A stretch of DNA of 64,000 nt from a virus. Position 1 is the stretch's first letter, and the number at the start of each line of letters is the position of its first letter. The notes beneath the pieces were generated by a model. The model was not told the origin of the DNA, did not search any database, and saw only the letters and a program-made list of their open reading frames with translations. This document shows, one piece after another, positions 19,145-30,019 of this stretch. Made by a program: the position numbers and the translations under genes. The DNA lies in the IMG/VR virus record IMGVR_UViG_3300038312_000193; one strand, given 5' to 3'.

Positions 19145-19480
19145 ATGAATTTATCTGGTAGATTATTTATAGATGAAGATAATGATAAAGGTGAATTTGA
19201 ATTAGAAACTGAAACTGGTGTGGTTAATATTTCGCAATTATTGGATGGGGTTTATAGTTCTAGGTTAAAACCGCAGGTTTATATTAGGATTGAGAAGAAT
19301 GGAAGTTTGCTTATGGAAGAAGATGGAGGAATTTTCTTAAATATTGATGAGCAGAAAGTTGAATCATATTTTGTGTGCGGAATTAATTTAAGTAAGTTAT
19401 TATGGGACAACACTGATGAATATTTACAAATTACTATTAGAAAAGAGAGGAAGACGAAGGATTTATATGGTAAAAGTTAA
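19145..19480 (+). CDS. hypothetical protein
   Basis: AAGGAGG RBS. Confidence 0.75.
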   Translation: MNLSGRLFIDEDNDKGEFELETETGVVNISQLLDGVYSSRLKPQVYIRIEKNGSLLMEEDGGIFLNIDEQKVESYFVCGINLSKLLWDNTDEYLQITIRKERKTKDLYGKS

Positions 19481-19706
19481 TAAAAATGATGTAAAAACGA
19501 ATAAAAATGATAGAAATAATATTATAAATACATATATATATCATAATGTTAAGGCGAAATTATTTAAGTATTGCATTAAGTGTGGCAAAGACTTCCCTAC
19601 CCCATCACAAGATCAATTTTGCTGTTGGGAATGCAGAAAAGAATATTATCAAGAATTGAGAGCAGATATGGATGATGTAATTAATGAGGTATGGGGTCGA
19701 GATTAA
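19467..19706 (+). CDS. small zinc-finger protein
   Basis: CIKC...FCCWEC. Confidence 0.65.
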   Translation: MVKVNKNDVKTNKNDRNNIINTYIYHNVKAKLFKYCIKCGKDFPTPSQDQFCCWECRKEYYQELRADMDDVINEVWGRD

Positions 19707-19731
19707 TTAATAATGAAAGGATAAAATATTT

Positions 19732-20169
19732 ATGAGTGATAAAAATTTTTTAATAACTAAATATAATTTAGATGAAATTGAAACAATTATGGAAGAAAAA
19801 TTAAATAATTTTATAATTGATACTTTTGGTAAAGATGTTGTGGATAATATTAAGACTAAAGCTGAATATGTAGAATATATGGACGAAGATATGAAATGTT
19901 TTAAAGATGAATTAAGATGTGAACTTTGGTTAGAAATTACATTCCCACAATATAGTTATTTAATTAAAGAACATGGTATACACAATGAAAGTGTTGGTAT
20001 GATTTTAGAATTTAAAGGTTCTCAACCTTTTTATATTGATGGTAGATTTGAAAGTAGAAATGTTTTTGAATGGATTCAAGGTATGCCGATACAGAAGTGT
20101 GAAAAGATTTATGGAATTAATAAAGATGAATTGTATGATAGGTTTAATGAATATATATTAGATTGTTAG
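19732..20169 (+). CDS. hypothetical protein
   Basis: RBS, operon packing. Confidence 0.7.
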   Translation: MSDKNFLITKYNLDEIETIMEEKLNNFIIDTFGKDVVDNIKTKAEYVEYMDEDMKCFKDELRCELWLEITFPQYSYLIKEHGIHNESVGMILEFKGSQPFYIDGRFESRNVFEWIQGMPIQKCEKIYGINKDELYDRFNEYILDC

Positions 20170-20183
20170 GGAGGAAATTAATA

Positions 20184-21983
20184 TTGAATTTTGAAAATAT
20201 ACAAATGGCAGTAGTTAGAAAGAAAAATGATGGTAATAAAATTAATATTAGTCAAATTAATGATACAAATAGAAATGATGATTATGAATGTATTGTATGT
20301 GGATCAGAAGTTATTCCTGTTGTTCCTAATGGTAAAACTATAACTGGAGAAAATGCAAAGGTAACTCCTCATTTTAAACATTTAAATGCAGAAAATTGTG
20401 GACAAGAATCTTTCGTTCATTTTTGGACTAAAACAGAATTAATAAAAATAGGTGATAAATTTAAAGTTATTACGGATAAAGAAAATGAATACATAGCTAA
20501 TCAAATATTTTTTGAGAAAACCATAGATATAGATGGCAAAAAATATATACCAGATGCTACTATACATACTTCTTGCGGTAATATTATTCATTTTGAATTT
20601 AATCATAGTAATAATAAAAGAATTAGAGATTATATTGATAAATGGAAAAAGTTAAATCAGATTATAGTTGAAGTTAATATAAATTCAATGATGTGTGTTT
20701 TTGAGGATTCCATTCCAACCTTTAAAGCACTTTATTATGAAGGAAAATGTTTTAATCTTAATGATGAAGATAAATTGTATTATGATACAATTGGAGAATA
20801 TAAATTAACTAAATCTGATAAAGAAACTCTTAAAATAAGAGAAAAAGAAATAAAGAATTTAGATTGGCTTTGGGACGAAATTAGAAAAATCAAATATGAA
20901 AATAAAGATTATGAAGGTATTGGTAATCTTATACGTTCAATATCTACGGAAGAAGGAAGACAAATTGCAATTAATATATTATCAAGAGTAAAATGTGGAG
21001 GAAGTATTCTTTATAACTATGTTATGTTTTTGAAAGATAAGGTTGATAGACGTTTAAAACATTTAAACCTTAAATATAATGGATATTTAATAAAATATGA
21101 AACAGAAATTCCTAGATTAATTTATGATAGAGTTTTTAAAGGAATAACTATTAAATTTTATGTTTTAGATGATGACATACCTGAAATTTATCACACTTAT
21201 AAGTATGATTTTAAAGAAGAAATATTAAGTAATAAATTAAAGGAAAGAATTGATTATGAAATTAAAAAATTGTCTAACAATCATGATTTATTATTGCACA
21301 TTTTAGATATTTTAAAACTAAATAATAAAATAGTAGATTCTAAACTACATTATAAAGATAATACAGATTATGTTGATGCAATATATTTTACTGATTATAG
21401 GAATAATAATTACTTAATTTATAAAGATTATTATTCATTAGATGATATTAATAGTATTTTTATAGCTGAAAATATAAAATTAATAAGATTGGGTTATTTA
21501 TCATCGTTAAATATTTTTATTGTAGAAACACAGGACTCTTATGAATTTAAAAATCGAATTACTGTGAAATATAAATACAACCAAATATTTAAACAAAATA
21601 ATATTAATTTAACTTATTTAAATATAGATAAATCATATAAATTTTTACCTAGATATGATTTTGTTAAAAAAGTAAAAGAACTATTAGAAATACAAATTAA
21701 TATTACTGATTTTATAAATAATTATATTACTGATGAACATTATTCGAAAATATATAATGAATCCGTAATTGAAATATCGAATTCAGAAATTGATAAAAAG
21801 ATTGAACAATTATTATATCCAATGATATATATTTCAAATCAATGTAATACTGAAACATTAAATATTAGATTAAATAAAGATTTTACAAAGGGTTCGGAAG
21901 GATTTACTCAAGGTTGGTTAATAAAAGATTTTATTGCGGTACTTTATGGATTAGATATTAAAAACATAAATAATATAGAATAG
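20184..21983 (+). CDS. CoiA-like zinc finger plus PD-(D/E)XK-type domain protein
   Basis: CIVC...HFKH...C, ES..H, IPDATI...IHFEF. Confidence 0.7.
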   Translation: MNFENIQMAVVRKKNDGNKINISQINDTNRNDDYECIVCGSEVIPVVPNGKTITGENAKVTPHFKHLNAENCGQESFVHFWTKTELIKIGDKFKVITDKENEYIANQIFFEKTIDIDGKKYIPDATIHTSCGNIIHFEFNHSNNKRIRDYIDKWKKLNQIIVEVNINSMMCVFEDSIPTFKALYYEGKCFNLNDEDKLYYDTIGEYKLTKSDKETLKIREKEIKNLDWLWDEIRKIKYENKDYEGIGNLIRSISTEEGRQIAINILSRVKCGGSILYNYVMFLKDKVDRRLKHLNLKYNGYLIKYETEIPRLIYDRVFKGITIKFYVLDDDIPEIYHTYKYDFKEEILSNKLKERIDYEIKKLSNNHDLLLHILDILKLNNKIVDSKLHYKDNTDYVDAIYFTDYRNNNYLIYKDYYSLDDINSIFIAENIKLIRLGYLSSLNIFIVETQDSYEFKNRITVKYKYNQIFKQNNINLTYLNIDKSYKFLPRYDFVKKVKELLEIQINITDFINNYITDEHYSKIYNESVIEISNSEIDKKIEQLLYPMIYISNQCNTETLNIRLNKDFTKGSEGFTQGWLIKDFIAVLYGLDIKNINNIE

Positions 21984-21999
21984 GAAGGTGTAGTATTTA

Positions 22000-24813
22000 T
22001 TGCATAATAGACAGTTTTATACATATAAATTTAAATCTTCTAGGTTAAAAGAATTTAATTATAATATTAATATAAATTTTGATATAGCAAAAGAATTAAA
22101 AGAAATAGTAGCTTTGGCTGATAATCAAATCCTTAGAAGTATTCGTGATATTAGAAAACATACTATAAAATATGATCATATTGAAAAACTTTATCAAGAA
22201 AGAGATATTAGAAAAAAGAAATATCATTCTATTGAAAATTCACAAAGAATTAATCAAATACAGAATAGAATAAATAGAACGATGTTTATTCCAGATTACA
22301 TAACTGTAGTAATGGAACATCGTTCTCATTACAAAAAAATATTTAAACAAGGAATAATTATAAACAATAAACGGTATTTTAGATTAAGCTGTTCGTCTGG
22401 ACAAGCCAGAGTTTCAACAGTAGTCTTATGTTGTGAAGAAATAATTGATGAATTAAAAAAGAGATTAAACAATGATAGAGATTTAACTAAGTCTTTTGCA
22501 CCGAGTAAGTTTAATGCTTATTTTGGTCTATCAGGGTCATCAACATATTTAGTAAGTGAACCTAAATTTATTGTAGTAAAAGATTTTATTAATATTGATA
22601 AATTTAAAGCAAATTATGTTATAGAAAAAGATTGGGATATTGATGATGAAATAAAAACACGTGAAATTGAAATGGAAATGAATAGAACTGATGGTATGGG
22701 GTTGATAAGTCCAACTCAAGCAGAAAAATGGGCAAAAGAATTAGGGTTAGATTATATCCCCTCTCAGTTTTGTGTACGTCAGAGTTTCGTGAAAGGGATG
22801 CTCTGCACTTTCCCCATACATCAATTTTGTGAAGAAATTAATAATGGTAATTATATAGTAGATACTATATATAAAGATTCTGAGGATAATTATATTAAAG
22901 CTGATTTAAGAGATTATGATGTAATTATCACAGAATCACAATTCAAATTATGGGATAGTTATTCGGATATTGATACTTATATTAATAATTGTCATAAGAA
23001 TAAATTATATTGGGGGGTGGCACAGTATACTCCTAAAGAAGCAAAACATATTTTAAAACTTAATTACCAATTTATTCAAACTTTAAATTTAAAACAAGAA
23101 AGCATAGAAAAATTAGCACAGCAATTTGTAGATTGGATATGTGGCGTTTCTTATGATGATATCTATTATACGTTACTGTTTTTACTTGGAGTAAATAATA
23201 GTGAATATAGTATTAAGAAATACTTACAAAATAGTGATAATTATTGGATTAAAAGTTTATTAATTAATCCAGAATTAAAGAATGATAAATATATTCGTAC
23301 AAAAATTCGAGAATTATTAAAGATTAGAATTCAAAATGGATGTATGGGTGATATTTTTGTAGATGGTAACTTTCAGGTTTTAGTATATGATCCCTTTGGA
23401 TTTATGCAACATGTTTGTGGATTAGAGGTTACAGGGTTACTTCAAAAAGGAGAGTTTTATTCTAATTATTGGAATGAACGTGGTGTAAAAATAATTAATG
23501 GTATGCGTTCCCCTTTAACTTATCGTAGCGAACATGTAATTATGAATTTAAAACAAGATGATTTAACTGAAAAATGGTATAGATATTGTAAATTAGGTAT
23601 TATTTTAAATTATCATGGTCATGAAGTTGTAAATTTTGGAGGAGCAGATGTTGATTTTGATATTTTAGCTACAACATCTAATCAGGAGATTATTAACGGA
23701 GTATTCAAAAATGAACTGCCAGTTGTTTATGATCCACCCACTCCTGAAAAATTAGTATTTACAGATGAAGATTTATATAGAGCAGATACATTCTCTTTTG
23801 GTTCTATAATTGGGTCAATAACTAATAAAAGTAGTAATGGATATGCTTTATTATCTAATATAGAAAAACAATATGGTATAGATAGTAGAGAATATAAAAT
23901 GACATTATCTCGATTAAAACAATGTTGTAAAGCACAGTCAGCTCAGATTGATAAAGCTAAAATTGGCAGAGAAGTAAAAGGTATTCCTAAGTTGTGGGTA
24001 TATAAGCAAAAAATTAACATGGATGAAAATGGTAACATATTAGATTCTGATGAAGAAATAAAGGAAAAATTATTTTATAATAGTATTTTGCTTAATAAAT
24101 ATCCTTACTTTTTTAAGTATTTATATAAAAATGCAAGAAAGAAATATAATAAATATTGCGAAGTAAATGAAATTACATGTCATCAAAAGTTTAAAATGTC
24201 ATTTAAAAAACTTAAAGAGTTAGATAGATTATCATTTGAGCAAAAAGAGTTTATTGAAAATTATTACAAGTATATGCCTTTAACTTATAGTGATAGTCCG
24301 ATGAATTTATTGTGCAGATATATCGAGGGTATTAATTTTGAGATTAATCAAAAAATAAAATCTTTAGATAATAATGACATAATTAATTTTTATAAAAGTA
24401 AAGATCATCAATATACTGTTGAGCAGTATGAAGAAATTGTAAAAATATTAAATCAACATATAAATAAAGTTAAATACAATAAAATTTTATTTGACCAAGA
24501 TATTGCTGATTATAATTTTGATGAAAACTCTATACAAGAATTTAAAACAGATAATGATATATTAGAACAAGATATAAATAATGTTTGTAGTGATGTTTAT
24601 TTAGTTACTAATGTTTTATTGGATTATTTTTATAAGGATAAACCAAGTGCAAATAAAGATGTTTTATGGAGTACATATGGTAAATATATTTATAATAATG
24701 TAAAAGGAAATATAGTGGATACTCCCCTATTCCCTTTCCCTGATAATAAGGGAGAAATAAATTATCTAGGGTTAAATTATTCTTTAAAGGAGTTAAATAT
24801 TGATGAATTATAA
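22000..24813 (+). CDS. yonO: YonO-like single-subunit two-barrel RNA polymerase
   Basis: RTDGMG, KGML, MRSP, GADVDFD, QIDKAK motifs; size; position upstream of late genes as in SPbeta. Confidence 0.85.
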   Translation: MHNRQFYTYKFKSSRLKEFNYNININFDIAKELKEIVALADNQILRSIRDIRKHTIKYDHIEKLYQERDIRKKKYHSIENSQRINQIQNRINRTMFIPDYITVVMEHRSHYKKIFKQGIIINNKRYFRLSCSSGQARVSTVVLCCEEIIDELKKRLNNDRDLTKSFAPSKFNAYFGLSGSSTYLVSEPKFIVVKDFINIDKFKANYVIEKDWDIDDEIKTREIEMEMNRTDGMGLISPTQAEKWAKELGLDYIPSQFCVRQSFVKGMLCTFPIHQFCEEINNGNYIVDTIYKDSEDNYIKADLRDYDVIITESQFKLWDSYSDIDTYINNCHKNKLYWGVAQYTPKEAKHILKLNYQFIQTLNLKQESIEKLAQQFVDWICGVSYDDIYYTLLFLLGVNNSEYSIKKYLQNSDNYWIKSLLINPELKNDKYIRTKIRELLKIRIQNGCMGDIFVDGNFQVLVYDPFGFMQHVCGLEVTGLLQKGEFYSNYWNERGVKIINGMRSPLTYRSEHVIMNLKQDDLTEKWYRYCKLGIILNYHGHEVVNFGGADVDFDILATTSNQEIINGVFKNELPVVYDPPTPEKLVFTDEDLYRADTFSFGSIIGSITNKSSNGYALLSNIEKQYGIDSREYKMTLSRLKQCCKAQSAQIDKAKIGREVKGIPKLWVYKQKINMDENGNILDSDEEIKEKLFYNSILLNKYPYFFKYLYKNARKKYNKYCEVNEITCHQKFKMSFKKLKELDRLSFEQKEFIENYYKYMPLTYSDSPMNLLCRYIEGINFEINQKIKSLDNNDIINFYKSKDHQYTVEQYEEIVKILNQHINKVKYNKILFDQDIADYNFDENSIQEFKTDNDILEQDINNVCSDVYLVTNVLLDYFYKDKPSANKDVLWSTYGKYIYNNVKGNIVDTPLFPFPDNKGEINYLGLNYSLKELNIDEL

Positions 24814-25597
24814 ATATAGAGAACATGAATATGCTGAATTGATATATAACAATGGTTTTCAATCAAAATATATTCCTACAGAATTAAGATTGCTAGTATT
24901 ATATTTTAGAGATGTATTAGAGATGAAACCTAAAGAACGTGAATATAGTTTATATAAATTTTGTAATAAATATATTCCTGATTTCAAAAAAGAAAATTAT
25001 TATAAGTCTATTAAAACAGCGTTAAGAGCAGGATTAAATAAGGAACAAAAATTAGTTACTATTAATAAAATTGATATATATCAATCAGAATTAGATTATA
25101 TTAATTCATTAGAAATTAATCAAGAGTATAAGAAGGTTATATTTACATTTCTGGTTCAGTTGAAGTTAAATAAAATAGTTTATGAATATAAGCGAAATAA
25201 AGAGTATGAGATGTTGTATTTTTATGGTGGTAAAATTAAATATAACATGATTAAAAATATGTCAAACATACCTAAAGTAATATCTTTAAATGATGAAGTA
25301 ATTAATACTTTAAACGAGTTGGGGTTAATTACTATATTACATAGAGGTAAGATTAGTCTTGATTATATTAAGAATTGTATATCAGAGGGTGAAGTAGTAA
25401 TTGAGATAACTGATTTTGAAAATGTGGGTTTGCATTTAGATTATTATAATGGGGTTAAGGGAGTAATTAAGTGCGGTGGTTGTGAAAAAATTATAAAAAC
25501 TAAAAATAACAGACAATTGTATTGTAAAGAATGTGCGAAGGAAATAGATAGAATAAAAGCAATAGAGCGTATGAAAAATATAAGATGTTCGATTTAG
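24803..25597 (+). CDS. conserved protein with C-terminal zinc finger
   Basis: CGGC...YCKEC; overlaps RNAP stop. Confidence 0.8.
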   Translation: MNYKYREHEYAELIYNNGFQSKYIPTELRLLVLYFRDVLEMKPKEREYSLYKFCNKYIPDFKKENYYKSIKTALRAGLNKEQKLVTINKIDIYQSELDYINSLEINQEYKKVIFTFLVQLKLNKIVYEYKRNKEYEMLYFYGGKIKYNMIKNMSNIPKVISLNDEVINTLNELGLITILHRGKISLDYIKNCISEGEVVIEITDFENVGLHLDYYNGVKGVIKCGGCEKIIKTKNNRQLYCKECAKEIDRIKAIERMKNIRCSI

Positions 25598-25756
25598 AAA
25601 ATCTTTCAAAATGCCTATTTTACTATGTTTATAATAGAATATATTTTTTCTTAACTTATGATATATTAGTAATATAAATTTTATAGGCATTTTGGTCGAT
25701 AATGCTATCCCCTATTTTTAGAATTAATTAACAAATAAAAGGAGCAAATTTATAAC

Positions 25757-25933
25757 TTGCAATTAATAAGTAAATCACAATTTTTAGAGATGTTCCAATT
25801 AGGAATACTTAGTGGATCACGGAAAAGTAATAAAGAATGGACAGTAACTTGTGTAAAGAAAAAGAGTAAGAGAAAGAAACACTATGTCCATGATGCAGAT
25901 TATGCGAAATATATTAGAGCAAGATATCCCTAG
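25757..25933 (+). CDS. small basic protein (58 aa)
   Basis: AAGGAG RBS, TTG start, KKKSKRKKHYV; below track cutoff. Confidence 0.6.
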   Translation: MQLISKSQFLEMFQLGILSGSRKSNKEWTVTCVKKKSKRKKHYVHDADYAKYIRARYP

Positions 25934-25948
25934 AAAGGATGTTTATAT

Positions 25949-27160
25949 TTGAAAGTTTTTGTAGATACAAATGTGCTTATGTCTTACTCTACAGAATTAT
26001 TTAGTACATATGATGAACTCTTTATTTGTGATGTGGTTTTGTCCGAACTTGATAAACATAAAACTTCATCTGATTTAAATAAGCAATTTCAAGCAAGACA
26101 AGCACATAGATTAATTAAACAAAATAAAAATAAAATTAAATATTGTATGAAAAATGGTGATTTTAAATTACCTGATTCTTTTGATTTAAAAGATAATGAT
26201 AATAAAATTATTAGTATATTAGGTGATTTGTACAATACTGATAATAGTGTTATTGCTTTATCAAATGACTCAAATTTTCAATTTAAATGTGAGTGTTTGG
26301 GATTGCCAGTTGAAGAGTTTGGTGATGATTGTAAACAAGATATCTATAAAGGTTATAAGATTTTAAGAGGAGATACGGATTTTATTAATAATTTATTTCA
26401 TGAAATTGATAAAGGTATTAATTCTTATAATTTTTTAACTAATGAGTACCTTATTTTACATAATGAAGATGTCAAAGATACTTTTGAATATAGGTTTGAT
26501 GGAAATAAATTTGTTGAATTAAGATTACCTCCATCAAAAGTTATTAAAGGGCGTAATAGTTTGCAAAGATGTTCTTTGGATTTATTGAATAATCGTGATA
26601 TACCAATAAAGATTATTGCAGGAGGGTTCGGCACAGGTAAAAGTATTTCTTCAGTAAAGGTTGGATTATATCATACTCTTGATAAAAATTATTATAAGAC
26701 CTTGGCATACATAAGAAATCCTATACCTGTTGATGATACAGATATTGGTTTTCTCCCAGGTAGTAAGGCTGAAAAAATTTCAGATTATTGTAGACCATTT
26801 TTACAATATGTTAATAATAAAAAAGACCAACTTAGTGTTGATGAATTAATTAAAAATGGAAAAATAAAAATGGATGCAGTTTCATTCCTTAAAGGAGTAT
26901 CTATTGAGGATAGTTTTGTAATTATGGATGAAGCTGAAGACCTAAATTTAAAATTACTTAAAACAATTGGAAGTAGAATTGGTGAAAAATCATGCATTGT
27001 ATTTACTGGTGATTGGGAGCAAAGTGAAGGTAAATATAAATATGATAATGGATTACTTAAACTAATTCAGCAAAAAAAGGGTGATCCTCTTATGGGTGTT
27101 GTAGTATTAGACGAAGTTTTAAGAAGTCCTGTAAGTAAATTATTTAATGATTTGAAATAA
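25949..27160 (+). CDS. phoH: PIN-PhoH (PhoH2-like) protein
   Basis: VDTNV PIN start; GGFGTGKS, IGFLPG, MDEAED, TGD..Q. Confidence 0.9.
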   Translation: MKVFVDTNVLMSYSTELFSTYDELFICDVVLSELDKHKTSSDLNKQFQARQAHRLIKQNKNKIKYCMKNGDFKLPDSFDLKDNDNKIISILGDLYNTDNSVIALSNDSNFQFKCECLGLPVEEFGDDCKQDIYKGYKILRGDTDFINNLFHEIDKGINSYNFLTNEYLILHNEDVKDTFEYRFDGNKFVELRLPPSKVIKGRNSLQRCSLDLLNNRDIPIKIIAGGFGTGKSISSVKVGLYHTLDKNYYKTLAYIRNPIPVDDTDIGFLPGSKAEKISDYCRPFLQYVNNKKDQLSVDELIKNGKIKMDAVSFLKGVSIEDSFVIMDEAEDLNLKLLKTIGSRIGEKSCIVFTGDWEQSEGKYKYDNGLLKLIQQKKGDPLMGVVVLDEVLRSPVSKLFNDLK

Positions 27161-27187
27161 AATATTAGAATAAAAGGAGATTAAATT

Positions 27188-27463
27188 TTGAATAAAACTG
27201 AATTTGTAAATGCTTACGCAACTAAGACAAAACAAACAAAAAAGGCATCAGGAGAACAAGTGGATGCATTTTTACAAACATTAACAGAGGGGTTAGTAGA
27301 GAAAGGTAAAGTTGCATTTATGGACAATTGGAGTTTAGAAATAACATCTACAAATGAACGTAAGGGTCATAATCCTGCAACTGGTGAAGAGATTACTATA
27401 CCTGCCGGAAAGAAAGTTAAGTTTAAAGCATCTAAGAATTTTAAGAATGAAGTCTTAGGATAA
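27188..27463 (+). CDS. hup: HU DNA-binding protein
   Basis: MNKTEFV, RKGHNPATGEEITIPA, KFKASK. Confidence 0.95.
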   Translation: MNKTEFVNAYATKTKQTKKASGEQVDAFLQTLTEGLVEKGKVAFMDNWSLEITSTNERKGHNPATGEEITIPAGKKVKFKASKNFKNEVLG

Positions 27464-27564
27464 TATATATTTTTTTACATTATTTTAATAATATAATTAT
27501 TTTGGATAATTGCCTTTTGTGGCATTATCATATATTTTAATTAATTTTTTAAGGAGGAATTTTT

Positions 27565-27969
27565 ATGAGTAAATTTTTTGATCGGACAGGTATTTATTGT
27601 GATTCTATTTTTGGTGATTTAGTCTTAGGTTTTGGTAGACCAACAAGGATTGTATTTAACTCAGAAGTTAAGGATATGCTTCCGTCATTCTGGAAGAAAA
27701 AGGATGATAAAACTTATCTTTGTACCGTAAAGACATTAGGAATAAACAGTGAAGATATTATTGTTGAAACTACAGATTATGGTATTAAAGTAAGTGGTTC
27801 TTCAGTAGTAAATGATTTTACATATGATACTGATATTGAATTACCAATAGCTGAAAGTATTATGAACGAGGTCGAGAAAATTAAAGTAGTAAGTAAAAAT
27901 GGTTTAACATTTATTACTTTGATATTAAATAAACCTGAAAAGAAAAAGGTTTTGATTGAAAAAGAGTAA
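27565..27969 (+). CDS. Hsp20/alpha-crystallin-like protein
   Basis: GINSEDIIVE..IKVSG and KNGLTFITL..K...IE patterns. Confidence 0.7.
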   Translation: MSKFFDRTGIYCDSIFGDLVLGFGRPTRIVFNSEVKDMLPSFWKKKDDKTYLCTVKTLGINSEDIIVETTDYGIKVSGSSVVNDFTYDTDIELPIAESIMNEVEKIKVVSKNGLTFITLILNKPEKKKVLIEKE

Positions 27970-27979
27970 TAAATTAAAC

Positions 27980-28390
27980 AAAAATACTGCTTACGAGTGA
28001 GGCAGTTTGTATATTAATTCAAATATGGGGAGTCTGTTGATTCCCCGTTACCTAAATTAATGGGAACTGACTACCTACAGGAGCAGTTACCTATCTAATT
28101 CTACTTAACAATGCGCTATAGGCGTAATAATCTAGTAACCAATAGGATGTACACAAAACTTAACAGGTGTAATTCTATATTACATGGCTCTTCATAAACA
28201 GAACTAAACAAGCCTCTTAATAATGCTGAAATAGTTTAGTCGGAAGGATAGTTTTGCCTTGAGGTTATATCGAAAACGGGAATTGACTTATTTATATAGG
28301 CAGTTACCCGTTTTTTAAATTGAATAGGGTTGAAATCCCGAACAAAGAAGAAGTGGGAGATGACTTTTGCATTTACCCACTTTTATTATT
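27980..28390 (+). ncRNA. candidate structured RNA cluster
   Basis: ORF-free 450 nt with multiple hairpins, two of them related. Confidence 0.4.
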
Positions 28391-28421
28391 TATAACTCCA
28401 ATTTAATTAAAGGAGAATTAT

Positions 28422-29615
28422 ATGGATGTAAATAAAAAAGAAAATGAGAGTAATTTTGATTATATTATTCGGCTTGTAGATGGTAAATCAAATGGTTTGT
28501 ACGATATAGATTATACTGAATTATTTAAATTGGGGTTCGGTGTTGAGTTAAACCCAGACGAATGTAGAAAAAGGTACTACGGGTTAAAAATGATACTTCC
28601 CTATTTGGATAATGAGAAAGTTAAAAATATTACTGAAGATGATATTTTAAAAGAATATGAATTAAAGAAAATTAACTTTGAGAAAGAGAAAATAAAATTC
28701 CAAGACCAAAGGCGTGAATATTTTAATCTTCTAAGAGAAAGTGCTAGATTAGACCATATTAAAGAACACATAGAAAAAGTTGCTTTAGATGTTTCTAAAC
28801 AAAAACCTTTAGAATGGGAACCAATTTATAAATTTGGTAAATATAAAGAAGGTATACTTTTAATTTCAGATTTTCACTTTGGTTTAGAAATTGAGAATTT
28901 TTTAAATACATATAATAAAGAAGAATTTTTAAAGAGAATTAATAGATTGACTATGAAAACTATAGAATATGGTAAATTTCATGGTATTAAAACACTTCAT
29001 GTTGTAAATCTTAATGATCTTGTATCAGGATTAATTCACGTTACCGTTAGAATTGCAAATACTGAAGATGTGATTGAACAAACTCAATTTATTTCAGAGA
29101 TTTTAGCAGAAGTATTATGTAAATTTGCAAATGAATTTGAAGAAGTTAATTTCTATAGTGTTTTAGATAATCACAGTAGGGTCACACCTAATAAAAAAGA
29201 AGCAATAGATAATGAATCTTTTGCTCGTTTTATTCCTTGGTATTTGAAACCTAGATTAAAAGATATACCTAATATTTCTATTATTGAAAACGAACTGGAT
29301 AGTAGTATTGGGGTTATTGATGTTTGTGGGTATACTTGTTTTGCGGTGCATGGGCATCAAGATAGTGTAAAAAGTGCTACTTCTGATTTAGCAATGATGG
29401 TTAAACAATTTCCTGATTATGTGTTTTTAAGTCATTATCATCATAGTCAAGAAGATGAAATACATAGTTGTGAAGTTATCGTAAATTCTAGTCTATGTGG
29501 AACAGATGAATATGCTAAAAGATTAAGAAAAACTAGTAAACCAGCACAAAAATTCATGGTTTTTAATGAAGAAGAAGGAAGAGAGTGTACTTATTCAATT
29601 AGATTAGATAGATAA
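28422..29615 (+). CDS. calcineurin-like metallophosphoesterase
   Basis: ISDFHFG, NDLVSG, DNH, VHGH, SHYHH. Confidence 0.85.
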   Translation: MDVNKKENESNFDYIIRLVDGKSNGLYDIDYTELFKLGFGVELNPDECRKRYYGLKMILPYLDNEKVKNITEDDILKEYELKKINFEKEKIKFQDQRREYFNLLRESARLDHIKEHIEKVALDVSKQKPLEWEPIYKFGKYKEGILLISDFHFGLEIENFLNTYNKEEFLKRINRLTMKTIEYGKFHGIKTLHVVNLNDLVSGLIHVTVRIANTEDVIEQTQFISEILAEVLCKFANEFEEVNFYSVLDNHSRVTPNKKEAIDNESFARFIPWYLKPRLKDIPNISIIENELDSSIGVIDVCGYTCFAVHGHQDSVKSATSDLAMMVKQFPDYVFLSHYHHSQEDEIHSCEVIVNSSLCGTDEYAKRLRKTSKPAQKFMVFNEEEGRECTYSIRLDR

Positions 29616-29645
29616 TATAAATTAACTTTGGAAGGTTAAATTGGT

Positions 29646-29915
29646 GTGTCTATGCCTGATTTATTAATAGGATTATTTAGTGGATTATTGCTCGGAATCA
29701 TTATTGAAAAGTATATATTCCCTGCTTTAGATATATTGTTTGAAATATTTACTGCAAAAACCTCTAAAGAAATAACAGAACATAATTTAAATATACAAGA
29801 AATGTCATGTGAATTGCTTAGAGCATATCCTGAGTTGAAAGATGGTAATGTTGTAGAACAAACTAATGCAATAGGTTTTAATATTATCGATGATTATGAA
29901 TATGAAGAAGATTAG
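29646..29915 (+). CDS. small membrane protein
   Basis: N-terminal hydrophobic helix; TNAIGF tail. Confidence 0.65.
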   Translation: MSMPDLLIGLFSGLLLGIIIEKYIFPALDILFEIFTAKTSKEITEHNLNIQEMSCELLRAYPELKDGNVVEQTNAIGFNIIDDYEYEED

Positions 29916-30019
29916 TTTCTTAATTAAAATGATATTACAATTTTAAAAAAGTAATAATTTATTTCATTAATATAATTTAAAAATTAGTTAATAGAAGAAG
30001 GTAGATTTAAGTAAATTTA

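Noticed and set aside
28190-28270. Twister or other self-cleaving ribozyme suggested by TAATAATGC
   Set aside because: Could not build the remaining conserved loops and both pseudoknots; kept only as part of a candidate ncRNA cluster.
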